A stretch of 64,000 nucleotides of DNA from Octopus vulgaris (Eukaryota). The stretch is taken from assembly GCA_951406725.2 (NCBI GenBank), contig OX597831.1, positions 68,324,001 through 68,388,000 on the forward strand, read 5' to 3'. Under the pieces are notes generated by a model. That model saw nothing but the letters and a program-made list of their open reading frames with translations, ran no database searches and was not told where the DNA came from. This document shows, piece after piece, positions 12,855 through 25,669 of this stretch. Position 1 is the stretch's first letter, and every line of letters starts with the position of its first letter. The position numbers and the translations under genes were made by a program.

Positions 12855-13165
12855 TTGTTGTTTGTTCCTTCTCAAGCCATGCCTGGCTCATAAGGGCCAG
12901 TTTCCCGGTTTCTTGGCGTATAGGTTCCCCACCTGGATGGGACACCGGTCCGTCGCAGGTGAGCTGCAAGATGCAGGAGGAAAGAGTGAGAGAAAGTTGT
13001 GGCAAAAGAGTCAGCAGAAATTCACCATTACCTTCTGCCGGAGCCGCATGGAGCTTAGGTGTTTTCGCTCATAAACACACACATCACCCGGTCTGAAATT
13101 CGAACCCATGATCCCTCAACCGTGAGTCCGCTGCTCTAACCACTAGGCCATGTGCCTCCACACAT
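12855..13165 (-). mobile_element. tRNA-derived SINE, family B2
   Basis: Head GGCCTAGTGGTTAGAGCAGCGGACTC...GGTTCGAAT on minus; (CAA)n tail; TSD TCTATACATG at 12845-12854 and 13166-13175. Confidence 0.9.
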
Positions 13166-13180
13166 TCTATACATGCAGTT

Positions 13181-13370
13181 TATAGGTGTAGGCCTAACAG
13201 TGTGGGTAAGACATGTGCTTCCCAACCACATGGTTTTGGGTTCAGTCCCACTGTGTGGCACCTTAGGCAAGCATCTACTATTGCCTCAAGCCAACCAAAG
13301 CTTTATGAGTGAATGTAGGAAGCAGAAATTCCATTGTGTGTATATGTGTGTGAAAGTGCTTGTGCTTCCT
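13181..13370 (+). mobile_element. degenerate SINE family A, 5' half
   Basis: CCCAACCACATGGTTTTGGGTTCAGTCCCACTGTGTGGCACCTTAGGCAAG. Confidence 0.7.
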
Positions 13371-14283
13371 TTGATAGATACAAGGGAACTGTAATTATCA
13401 ATAGAAAAGTATGAGTAACTACTGTGTACAGTAGAGGCATTGAATAATTAACAATAATGGATTTGTTAGCTTGCAATATTGAGTTAAAGTCCTTCAGTGT
13501 GTTTAGAGTGAGATAACTGTCACTAATAGACTGTAAAGCAGGATTACTAGAGGTCCAATCTCCTTGCAATCTCCTCCTCAGACAGTAAAAACATTTCAAC
13601 ATAGAAACGTTAACATCAATAACTGAATTGATTAGTGGCCAACAATAACACTTTTTTGTATAGATGTGTATTGTTGAATCTATTTAACAATCGATGACTA
13701 ACAATACTACTCAACAACTTTGCATTTTAATCATCTGATAAACCACCAAAGTTGAGGCATTAAACAAGACCATTATTTCTTGGAACATCTAAATATTTTA
13801 TAAACATACATGTACACATACACACTACACACTTTTAATGCTACAACATAAATAAACCAATACCAAGTTACAATTCAGCTGCTCTTGACTGGTAATATGA
13901 AAACTTACTTTCTCTTTTCACTAGTGAAAATGAAGTCATCATTTATTAATAGATATCTACAAGAAAATTTATACTGTATTCTCAAGAATCATCTTACAAG
14001 GTTTTATGTGATAATCTTAATCTGTGATAATGAGCATATTTTTAATGTTAACAGACATTCTGTACTCTCTCTGTAGACTTGAAAATATTTTATTAAATAG
14101 ATTATTCAGGAAATAAGCTGTAAATTCATAAGTCTTGCACAACATTCCAGCTACAAGGTATTGTGTTAAAATGCCACTAAATTGTTTCTCTGTAATATAA
14201 CGTATCAAGAACAGCTGAGTTTGGTGAATGAAACTTTGGAAAAGGATGTAGCTTATCAAGTTATATTTTTGAGAGACATTTGA

Positions 14284-14301
14284 ACCGGGCGATACTGCTA
14301 G
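14284..14301 (+). mobile_element. Helitron-type 3' terminus
   Basis: CCGGGCGATACTGCTAG|T, the same end as 55681-55697. Confidence 0.5.
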
Positions 14302-15314
14302 TTAATTATACAATGTTCTCACTGTTTATAGCTAGATCAGAACAGTTGTGAGAAGTTACATGCCCTGACTGTAGATCCAATGAAGCGATGGTGAAGATTT
14401 GTTATGTACAAATGATAATCCAATCAAGAGTCTAGTTTCTTATTAACTAAACAAGCAAAACTTCTCATTACAGTGACATAAATAGCTCATAAGCACTGTA
14501 TAATTTACATAACATATCTAATATACACGACATCATATCAAAATGTAAACTACTAATAGAGTATTATATTAACACATCAGCTTACCTACACTAACAAATA
14601 TATTCACAGAGCAGCTATAACACTCTTTTAAGAATGAATGAACAATGTCAAACCTGCCATCTCAATGTAAAACTGAAATAAAGAAGAAATTTCTGCACTG
14701 GGATTATGTTATGGAGTTGTGAAGTGTGCAGCTTGACCATGTTAATAACTGGGTTTAAGAAACATACATGAGAAAACAATAAAATAATCAGAGATTATAA
14801 TTTCTTGTATGTTTCCAATTTATCAAGCTAACATTGGAACTAGCATATGTCCTTAGAAATGTATGAACAGTTGGTGTTTGGTTAGAATGTAGCATTCTCT
14901 AGTAGCAGATCTGTTATTTGTTACAATTTGTGGTTAATCAGAGAAACTGTAACTGAAAATTCAATTGCCATTACATGATATATTGTTTTATTTTTATAAT
15001 ACCTCTAGACTATTCTATCAATGTCTGTTCTGTGTCATCACATGGTGAACTTAAGTACAATGCTCTTATTCATTTGATTGCTGTATATTACACACTGTCC
15101 ATTCTGCAAATACTGTTATTTAAAATTAAGCAAACAAGTCTTGCTCATACGAAATAAACAATATTAATATCATCTATTCCTTATTCAAAATATAACATTT
15201 TTCTCTATTTTTTTATTGACTATATCTTTGATAAAGTATTTTAAAAAATTCAGCTAGTGTTCTAAATATAATTGGAAATCTATAGTATATCTGTATTTAA
15301 TTTTTCTTTTCTAG

Positions 15315-15344
15315 CAAGCTCTGTTGAGCAAGAGGTAAACACAA
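15315..15344 (+). other. candidate 30-nt (or 20-nt) microexon
   Basis: tttttcttttctAG|CAAGCTCTGTTGAGCAAGAG(|GTAAAC)...ACAA|GTGAGT; the 30-nt form is frame-preserving (xSSVEQEVNT). Confidence 0.4.
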
Positions 15345-16094
15345 GTGAGTTGAGGCTAAGAACCAATCTCAGTTCTTAGTCAAATCCAATTTAAGTACTT
15401 TACAGTTATAATATGCCATTATCATATATTTGATGGTTGTTTCAGGTGTAATATTCTTTCAAAATACATGAAGTCCATTCTTGAATTTATTAGTTGTATT
15501 TGTTCCAGTAATATCTCTCAACAGATGATTCCGATTTCCATTACACATGTTTGAGAACATTTTCTCTCTTCCTACTCTAATGTAGACTGCTTATGATCCT
15601 TGACAGAGATTAAGCAATTTCGTTTCTTTTGCAGTTCATACTATGAAATAATAAGCTTTTACTAACCGTGATATATTTTCTATCATTTAAAAGTGCAATT
15701 TGTATTTTGTATAATTTTTTTTTATCTAAAGAGAAGTGGACATTGTAACTAGCAATGTCAAATCATACTTGGAGACAGTAGGGTGTGATTGTTGTTAAGT
15801 TTTAAGTAATGTATATGGGTTTATTGATAGAAGAAGAGGAGTAAGATATAAAACAAATTTGTTGAATTAAGTGCTTCTTTAAAGGGTCAGACAAGGGAGA
15901 GATATTAGTATGGATGGGAGAAAGACATACCCAGTCAGTTTAAAAAAAAAATGGGATTGATATGAACTGATGGGTTTGGATATAGTAGACCAGTGTGCTA
16001 ATGACTGTAGTGTATTAGCATGGAATAGCTAATCAGACTTGTAGCATTTTTATGTGGTTTGAAATATGTATGCATTTGTGCATAAGTGTGTGTG

Positions 16095-16431
16095 GCTGTT
16101 GCCAGCGCTGCCCTGACTGGCACATAAAAAGCACCATCCGATCATGGCCATTGCCAGCCTTGCCTGGCCCCTGTGCCGGTGGCATGTAAAAAGCACCATC
16201 CGATCGTGGCCATTTGCCAGCCTCGTCTGGCACCCGTGCCGGTGGCATGTAAAAGCACCCACTTGACTCACGGAGTGGTTGGCGTTAGGAAGGGCATCCA
16301 GCTGTAGAAACATTGCCAGATCAGACTGGGCCTGGTGCAGCCTTCTGGCTTCCCAGACCCCAGTTAAACCGTCCAACCCATGCTAGCATGGAAAGTGGAC
16401 GCTAAACGATGATGATGATGATGATGATGAT
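16095..16431 (+). mobile_element. RTE LINE 3' UTR fragment
   Basis: Three hairpin/AAAAGCACC units, conserved 3' end, (GAT)n tail. Confidence 0.9.
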
Positions 16432-16450
16432 GTGTGTGTGTGTGTGTGTG

Positions 16451-16720
16451 CAGGGCTGGGTTTAAGCCAATTAGTTAAATTTGTTCAAATTGGGCCCCAT
16501 GCCAAGAGAGGGTCCCTGTGCATGTGTTTCAGCAGAGGGCACGGTGATGAATTTTCAGTATACTGTTGTGGCTAATGGTGGAGCCTTATGTACTCAGTGC
16601 TTTTTGGCTGGGACTGGCATACTACATGAAGCATAAAACATCGGTCTTCAGCTTTTGTAGAGTAGAGGGCTCCACTGACAATTCTTTAACTGGGTCTTGC
16701 ATTTCCTAACACTAACCTTG
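16451..16720. mobile_element. possible hAT-derived MITE
   Basis: Starts CAGGGCTGG, internal GGGCCCC, decayed right end; similar element at about 52418-52580. Confidence 0.35.
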
Positions 16721-16743
16721 CATATATGTGTGTGCATTATACT

Positions 16744-16972
16744 GGCAGTGAGCTGGCAGACACGTTAGCGCACCGGGCGAAATGCTCAGGGGTATTTCAT
16801 CTGTCGTTACGTTCTGAGTTCAAATTCAGCCGAGGTCGACTTTGCCTTTCATCCTTTTGGGGTCGATAAATTAAGTACCAGTTACGCACTGGGGTCGATG
16901 TAATCGACTTAATCCGTTTGTCTGTCCTTGTTTGTCCCCTCTATGTTTAGCCCCTTGTGGGTAATAAAGAAA
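16744..16972 (+). mobile_element. SINE family C
   Basis: GAGCTGGCAGA...GAGTTCAAAT boxes; core GCCTTTCATCCTTTYGGGGTCGATAAATTAAGTACCAG (Meta-domain-like, from memory). Confidence 0.85.
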
Positions 16973-18370
16973 CAATTATACTAAATATATCAACAGCATT
17001 CTTGTATTGAATATATCACAGAAATTTCTCTCAATATCTGTTTCAAGGAAATTTTATTGTTTAATTAATTTCAGGTTGGGTTGGTTAAACTAGAAGTTAG
17101 GAGGTGGAATCTGTGGCCTCAGTACCCAAGAAAACAGAGATGAAGGGAATTTTAGCTGCTGAATTAGGAGGGAAAAGATGGCAGTGGTGATGGTAGTGGT
17201 GATGGCAATGACAGCAACTCTGATAGTAAGGAGGAGTGGGAGGCATATAACTTATCTAGATATTAATGACGTGTAGGGACACAAGTTATGCAACCATAAT
17301 ATACTACAAAGTATATTAAACGCTTTTATAAGTCGATACTGTGTTCTACTGTGTTAGCAGTGCTATCAAATCACTTGTTACGGTTATCTCTACAAACTTT
17401 CTATAGAAATTATAGCCAGCACTTTATCCACTAGACACTATGAATTTAGAAGATGAGCACTACTAGTTTTTAGGGGTTTTTTTTAAATGACATTCTGTAA
17501 AGATTTATTTCAATATTAATTTGTTATGCAATAAATTATTACAAGGATCTAAGTATTTAAGGAGTAGAACATACAATTTCCTGTTTGTCAGACTGCTTCA
17601 AAAGAAAAAGTTAATACATTTTAAATAGAAGCAATTGAAAGCAAAAGAGATAATACATTTATTTGAGTAGGTTGTGAGTTGAAAACAACTGAAATGAATG
17701 AAGGAGTAAAAGTGAATGGATTATGTCAGTGGTAATGGAGTTATTACATTACCAGTGATGTTGAAGAATCAGTCGCTGACTTAGATGGATATAGCTGTGG
17801 TGAATAATCAGAGTGTATTGTGATAGTGGTAGACAAATAAATAAATTTGATGTTGATGAAAATGACAAATGAAATATAATGCACAAAATTAAATGTAACT
17901 GCAAAGAAATTAAATTATGACTTATTTCATGAAAACATAATAGATGTTAATATATATGGTTAAATCCTACACTGGGATATGCTAATGTGTGTGTGTGTAC
18001 GTGCACGTGTGCGTGTGTGTGTGTCTGCATGCATATGTGTGTGCATGTGTGTGTATGTGTGCATATGTGTGTGTGTGTGTGTATGCAATTATACTGTGCT
18101 ATTTCAGTATTATTAAGAACAGATGAGGGAATAAATTCCAATGGCTGGAATATTCCTGTAAGAAGCTACAACTCCATGGTCATATTAACTTTTAAAAGAC
18201 ATAATGCTGGCACAATACCACACAGGTACCTCAAATTGTTGATTTTTATTCTCCATTCAAAATACCTTACAAATGAATGCAATTTAATATGAATCTATTT
18301 TACAGTAATAGAACTGAGATCGTTCTTTAATTACAAATGAAATATAAAATATTCCCTTGTCAGGTTGTTA

Positions 18371-19644
18371 TGAGGTGGTATCAAAAAGTTCCTAACCTAG
18401 TTCTGTAGCACACCAACAGATGGCAGCATATGGTTGCATGTGCAGTGAGAGCTGCAGTGTACTGAGTGACGTCACTGTGTCTACTTTGCAAGTTGAGAAA
18501 TTTGTGTTTTTGTGATCACATGTATGCTGTAGTCTGTGATTTTTGTCATGGACAGGAAGTTGGAACAAAGAGCCAACATGAAACTTTGCTTTTAAACTTG
18601 AGGAGTCTGCTACAGAGACATTGAGCATGTTTTGGCAAGCTTATGGCAATGAGGCATTGGGTTGTACTCAATGTTTTGAGTGACATGAGTGCTTCAAAAA
18701 CAGACTGGATGATAATGAGTGATCTGGAAGGCCTGCGATGAGCAGCACCCCTGGAAATGTGGAGAAATTTCATCAGCTTGTGCATGAGGATCATCGGAGG
18801 ACAACCAATGGCATTGCTGATGTTGTTTGTCTGTCCTATGGATCTGTGCAAGCAATCCTAATGTCTGAATTGAACATGTGACATGTCTCTGCCAAGTTTG
18901 TCCCCCACCTGCTGAGCACTGAGCAGAAAGACCATCGTGTCAAATTCTGTCAAGATCTCCATCAGCATGCTGCTGATGATCCATCCTTCAGGTCAAGGAT
19001 CATCACCGGTGATGAGAGTTGGGTCTACAGGTATGACTCTGAGATGAAGCAGCAGTTGTCACAATGGAAGAGGCCTTCATCTCCATGACTAAAGACACAA
19101 TAAAGCTACAGCTCAGTCAAGAGCATGCTCATCGTTTTTTTCCAACATCCGTGGTATTGTGCATCAAGAATTTGTCCCCCAGAGCCAGACCATCAATCGA
19201 GAGTTCTACTGTGACATTTTGAAGTGTCTGAGAGAGGACATTTGGTGAAAACAACCAGATTTGTGGAGCATGAAGAATTAGATTCTTCACAACAACAATG
19301 CACCATGTCATCAAGCTCTCCTCACTCATGAGTTTCTCACCAAAATCAACATAGTTTGGATTCTACACTCACCTTATTCGCCAGATTTGGCACCCATGGA
19401 CTTCTATCTCTCTTCCCTAAAATGAAAATGCAGCTCAAAGGTCACCATTTTAACACCATTGTTGAGATCCAGAGTGAATCACAGAAAACGACTTCCAGAC
19501 CAAATTCAAAAAGTGGTAAGAATAATGGGACTGGTGTATTGCTGTGCAAAGTGACTATTTTCAAGGAGATTTTGTTAAAACTTAGGTAAATAAGTAATTT
19601 TTTATTAAACATAACTAGTCTGGGAACATTTTGATACCACCATA
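18371..19644 (+). mobile_element. full-length but inactivated mariner (about 1.27 kb)
   Basis: About 32-bp TIRs TGAGGTGGTATCAAAAAGTTCC / GGAACATTTTGATACCACC; TA flanks; pseudo-transposase from ATG 18548 (MDRKLEQRAN, ITGDESW, YSPDLAP) with stops and frameshifts. Confidence 0.9.
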
Positions 19645-21733
19645 TAGTAGAATATAATAAATGAATAAATTATTGTGATATACAATGGCAATCACAAGAA
19701 TATAATGAATTTTCTTTTTTTGGTTTAGACGATAAATGTTATCATCGTAGATCAATCCATGCATTCAACTCTGACCTAAATTTATCAACAAAAGACAAGA
19801 GATAACAAAAAAGAAGTTGAAGTTATCTAATTAAGTCAGACTTAATAAACTGTTAGAATCACTGCAGGAACATTGCATGATTGCTATCAAGAATTTCATT
19901 ACTCAGAATTTATCTTCTTGGTGGATTGTAATATATAAATATATTAATTACTGAATAAGGTATATTAATTACTGAATAATGTGTTATGGTGTTTAATTTA
20001 TGCAGCCATATTCAAATCTGTGCAAACTAGCTAATTTGAAACATTTTTTAGGTGACAAGAACTTTCAAACATTCTCAAAATATTTCTCAATGGATAAAAC
20101 TTCTTGTACCAGGTTGTCATCCACTATATTGGCTATATTCTTATTAAGCTTTTTTAGTTCTTAACACAATATGAAAGAGTCTCTTACACACTTGGACATA
20201 GAAACACCATCTGAAGTCCTAATATTTATTTAGCTCATATCCCGTAAGTGACCTTTGTAGATTCCATAACTATACAAAAATTCCAAACTATATACAGACT
20301 TGCTGCTTATAGTGTTGAGATGTGCCAACCATAGTATTCATCTACAATAAAATGGAACTGGATTAATGAATATCAAATATCTTTGTTATGGAAACCCTAT
20401 AGCATAAGTGTTGATATCAAATCCTTTTGTTTTTTATCTGAATACCTTATCTAATAGAGCCATGACTATCAGAAACATACATATAGCAACATGTAGAAAT
20501 TCCACATTTTTTTTTAAAATCAGAATATTAAAATATTTACATCATCAACAACCATTAATAACTTTTAGTTATTCTTATGAATGATTACTGAAACAAATCT
20601 GTTTTCTGTGGACTTTTGAACCAAAACCATTTCATATCAGATGCTGCTGCTTTCTTACGCTTATTTCTTCAAATGTTTCTGTAATATGTGTTTTCTTTTA
20701 TGAGTGTCCTCATCCATTTTCTTGATTGCATTTCTACAAAATGTAAAAATAGTCTTATAAATGATCAAAATATCATTAACCTCAAATAACTGACACTGCT
20801 TTTTGAAATTTTCTGTTAGAGTAACCCATGTTTGATTCAGATATATATAAATTTGATTTTCATTTTCGCCTTTTAAAAGTCAAGAGTGTTCAATTCATTT
20901 TGAAGCCACAAAGTAAAAGTAAAGTTTTCTACTCTCTTTCTAAAGACGTTAAGAACTTAATTTCAAGACTCAGGAAATAATTGACTTTCTCAATAATCCT
21001 TATTTCTAATCAATATGGATTCTACTTATCAATTTTCAGCAAGTTTTTTGAAATTCACCTTCTACTGATTTGCCTTATTACCAATCTCACCACCAGCCTT
21101 TGTCCTGTTAACTTCTCATTGTTTTTAGTTTATCATCGAAGTGTCAAATGACATTTATTTACTGGAGAAGGTATCTTTTTACGTATAATAAAATGCAATG
21201 TGTGTCTCATTTGTCACACTAGGTGAAGAGGAGTAAAACAACAAATGGAGTCGGTGACAGTCAGAGACACTAAGGGCAGACTAACTGCATTCAAATGCTT
21301 TGCTCTGAAGATGCTGCTATTTTAATCAAAATAAACCGGCAAATTTTTATCGTAAATTGTATTTAGTTTATCAGTTTCACATACACAGAAATATATAAAT
21401 GAAATTAAATATTAAACACTATTTGCTTTCAAAATATTATTGTTCATTCATATAACATATGTATAAATGTTATGCGAACGATATATACTTACATTTTTTA
21501 AAAATTTTAATTCCTTTTTCCATGTTTGTCCTCTCTGATGCAAGCCCTTATTTCTTTTTCCAAGTATAGGATAACATATTTTACTGATTTCATCAATCTA
21601 AAAAATGTAAACAAACATAAGCACATGCACACACCTTCACACACATGTATATGTATGGACATGCATAGGTGTATCTAAATATGTATGCATATGTATGAGT
21701 GTATGTATGTATATATATATATATGTGTGAAAG

Positions 21734-21767
<34 letters not shown>

Positions 21768-22235
21768 AAGAGATGCATCTATATATAAATGTATATACAT
21801 GTATATATAAAGGTGGAAGAGCTCATGAGTAGTCAACGGCCATCCAACAATATGTACATGTGTATGTATGCATGTGTGTGCAGGGATGTGGAAATACCTG
21901 GGTTGGTGTCCAGCCACGTGGTTGGCTCACTAGGAGTGGGAGGCCTCCACAACATCTCTCTAAGAGAGGGAAACTCTGAGAGAAAATCTGCAGCGCTGAT
22001 TTGAGGATGTAGACTAGTTCTTCTTTTTGAGTTTATGCTCTCCATGTACAGAGAGGGAAATTGGATTTGTGCAAATCCTTTCCCCACTATAAAAAAAAAT
22101 CATCAGGCACAGGCATCACCTGAAAAAAGTAGGACCTATCATAAAAATGGTTGATTGTAGTCTCTGTATGTGTGGGATGACAATACTCGAACATGAGTCT
22201 GTAGCCATCATATATATATATATATATATATATTT

Positions 22236-22367
22236 ATTTATTTTATAGAAGGAGCTTCTACAGGACTAGAACTGTTTCATTCAGATGAAATCTTCAGGAA
22301 GCTTCCTGAAGATTTCATCTGAATGAAACAGTTCTAGTCCTGTAGAAGCTCCTTCTATAAAATAAAT
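22236..22367. repeat. perfect 132-bp palindrome between (TA)n tracts, Penelope-like remnant
   Basis: 66-bp arms centred on 22301/22302 with no spacer; contains CTGAAGA...GAAAC...GTC. Confidence 0.9.
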
Positions 22368-22432
22368 TACTTTACTCTGCTATGTATTGAGTACCTTATT
22401 TACTGTGGTTAACCCCGACTCAACCCGGGACC

Positions 22433-22490
<58 letters not shown>

Positions 22491-22704
22491 AAAAATATTA
22501 GAAAAAAAACACCTTTTATCAATTCAAAATAAATAATTAAATTACACCATCTAGAAAATTACATATAATAGAAAAGTTAAAATTAAAATAACAATAAAAA
22601 GTAAAGATTAAGTAAATTACAAAAATTATAAAAATGAATATAATAGGTAGAAAAACATGTGTATGCAGGGATGTGGAAATATCTATATATATCTATATCT
22701 ATCG

Positions 22705-22763
<59 letters not shown>

Positions 22764-22930
22764 AATCTATATATCTATCTATATATCAGCCCTCAGCCCC
22801 CTTTTATTCATCATAGTCCTCCAGGCAATAACAGAGGAATTCAAAACAGGTTGCCCCTGGGAGCTCCTCTATGCTGATGACCTGGCCCTCATAGCAGAAT
22901 CACTACCGGAACTAAAAAAAGAAATTTCGG

Positions 22931-23725
22931 ATGAGGAAACAAGGGTTAGAATCTAAGGGCCTTAGAGTAAATGTAGCGAAGACCAAAGTTATAGTATGCA
23001 GAAAGGCGAACTCAGTACACCCCCCATCGGGCAGATGGCCCTGCTCAAGCTGTAGGAAAGGTGTAGGTAGAAACTCCATAAGATGCACCCAGTGTAAGCT
23101 ATGGACGCATAAGAGGTGCAGCAACATCAAAGGGAAATTAACTGATAAGATAGCTTTCATGTGCGGCAGATGCAAAGGGACAATAGACACCACAGACATT
23201 CAAAAAACTGATTCCATCACACTCCAGGGGGAAAAACTAGAAGTAGTTGATAGTTTTCGCTACCTGGGTGACCAAGTTAGTAGTGGGGGTGGATGCTCAG
23301 AGAGTGTCACCACTAGAATACGAATAGCCTGGGCAAAGTTTAGAAAGCTCCTACCCCTACTGGCGACAAAGGGTCTCTCACTCAGAGTGAAAGGTAGATT
23401 GTATGATGCATGTGTGCGAACTGCCATGCTTCACGGCAGTGAAACATGGGCCGTGACTGCAGAGGACATGCGTGGACTTGAAAGAAATGAAGCTAGCATG
23501 ATCCGCTGGATGTGTAATGTCAGTGTGAATGCACGACAGAGTGTAAGCACCCTGAGAGAAATGCTAGGCATAAGAAGCATTAGATGCGGTGTGCAAGAGC
23601 GACGCTTGCGATGGTATGGTCATGTACTGCGGATGGATGAGGAGAGATGTGTGAAGAAGTGCCACTCCCGAACAGTTGAAGGAATCAGGGGAGAGGTAGA
23701 CCCAGGAAGACATGGGATGAGGTAG
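22931..23725 (+). pseudogene. RTE ORF2 C-terminal fragment with PHD-type zinc finger
   Basis: 264-aa ORF containing CSSC-x10-CTQC-x4-H-x2-C-x14-CGRC. Confidence 0.85.
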
Positions 23726-23903
23726 TCAAGCATGACCTCAGAGCGTTGAGCCTCACTGAGGCAATGGCGAAGGACCGAGACCTCTGGAGATGTGCTGTGA
23801 CTACTAAGACCCGGGATGCTCCCGGCAACAGTTCCGCATAAGACACGGGATGCTCCCGGCACCAGTTCCGCATACCCCCTGCCCACCCAAAGTACCTTGG
23901 TTC

Positions 23904-25420
23904 CCGGAACATCTCGCTGTGCTTGAGGAGATCTGTCGAGTCAAGTGCATATACATGAACATCGAACCAAATATCAATGGAAACAGTAGTTATGATACCT
24001 GTGCCGGTGACACATAGAAAGCACCAACTGATCGTGGCTGTCGCCAGTGCAGCCTCCACTGGCTTCTGTGCCGGTGGCACATAAAAAGCACCATCCGAAC
24101 GTGATCGATGCCAACCCCGCCTCGAATGGCTTCTGTGCCGGTGGCACATGAATATCGAACCAAATATCAATGGAAACAGTAGTTGTGATACCTCAACCCC
24201 GCCTCGAATGGCTTCCGTGCCGGTGGCACATGAATATCGAACCAAATATCAATGGAAACAGTAGTTGTGATACCTGTGCCGGTGACACATAAAAAGCACC
24301 ATCCGAACGTAGCCGTTGCCAGTGCAGCCTCCACTGGCTCTGTGCCGGTGGCACATAAAAAGCACCATCCGAACGTGACTGATGCCAACCCCGCCTCGAA
24401 TGGCTTCTGTGCCGGTGGTACATAAAAAGCAATGTCCGAACGTGACCGATGCCAGCACCGCCCCGACTGGCTTAAAAAGCACCAACCGATCGTGGGATCC
24501 CGGAACATCTCGCTGTGCTTGAGGAGACCTGTTGAGTCAAGTGCATGAACGTGACCGATACCAACCCCGCCTCGAATGGGTTCTGTGCCGGTGGCACATA
24601 AAAAGCAACATCCGAACGTGGCCGATGCCAGCACCGCCCCGACTGGCTTCTGCGCCGGTGACACATGAATATTGAACCAAATATCAATGGAAACAGTAGT
24701 TGTGATACCTCAACCCCCGCCTCGAATGGCTTCCGTGCCAGTGGCACATAAATGTTGAACCAAATATCAATGGAAACAGTAGTTGTGATACCGGTGCCGG
24801 TGACACATAAAAAGCACCATCCGAACGTGGCCGTTGCCAGTGCAGCCTCCACTGGCTTCTGTGCCGGTGGTACATAAAAAGCACCATCCGAACGTGACCG
24901 ATGCCAACCCCGCCTCGAATGGCTTCTGTGCCGGTGGCACATAAAAAGCAACGTCCAAACGTGGCCAATGCCAGCACCGCCCCGACTGGCGTAAAAAGCA
25001 CCAACCGATCGTGGGATCCCGGAACATCTCGCTGTGCTTGAGGAGACCTGTTGAGTCAAGTGCATGTGCATGTACATGAACATTGAACCAAATATCAATG
25101 GAAACAGTAGTAGTTGTGATACCTGTGCCGGTGACACATAAAAAGCACCATCTGAACGTGGCCGTCGCCAGTGCAGCCTCCACTGGCTTCTGTGCCGGTG
25201 GCACATAAAAGGCACCATCCAAACGTGACCGATGCCAACCCCGCCTCGAATGGGTTCTGTGCCGGTAGCACATAAAAAGCAACATCCGAACGTGACCGAT
25301 GCCAGCACCGCCTTGACTGGCTTCTGTGCCGGTAGCACAAAAAAAAAAAAAAAAAAAAGCACCAACTGATTGTGGCCGATGCCAGACCCCTCTGGCACCT
25401 GTGCAGGTGGCACGTAAAAA
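23904..25420 (+). repeat. tandem and higher-order array of hairpin units in RTE 3' UTR
   Basis: About 18 TGTGCCGGTGGCACA units; larger blocks restart at about 23904, 24500 and 25019. Confidence 0.9.
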
Positions 25421-25618
25421 GCACCCACTACACTCGCGGAGTGGTTGGCGTTAGGAAGGGCATCCAGCTGTAGAAACACTGCCAGATCAGACTGGAGCCT
25501 GGGGCAGCCCCTGGCTCCCCAGACCCCGGTCGAACCGTCCAACCCGTGCTAGCGCGGAAAACGGACGTTAAACGATGATGATGATGATGATGATGATGAT
25601 GATATCTATATCTATCTA

Positions 25619-25659
<41 letters not shown>

Positions 25660-25669
<10 letters not shown>

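Larger units (their letters stand above)
22787..25603 (+). mobile_element. 5'-truncated RTE-clade LINE with expanded 3' UTR
   Basis: LSPLLF...ELLYADDL, LEVVDSFRYLG, LHGSETW and RLRWYGHV motifs; frameshift near 22920; (GAT)n tail; inserted in (ATCT)n. Confidence 0.95.

Noticed and set aside
23904-25420. CRISPR-like array of palindromic repeats
   Set aside because: Linkers recur rather than being unique, the array lies in an RTE 3' UTR, the context is eukaryotic and there are no cas genes
24472-25542. 356-aa minus-strand ORF and overlapping ORFs
   Set aside because: Antisense translation of a stop-poor tandem array; the same peptides appear at every RTE tail
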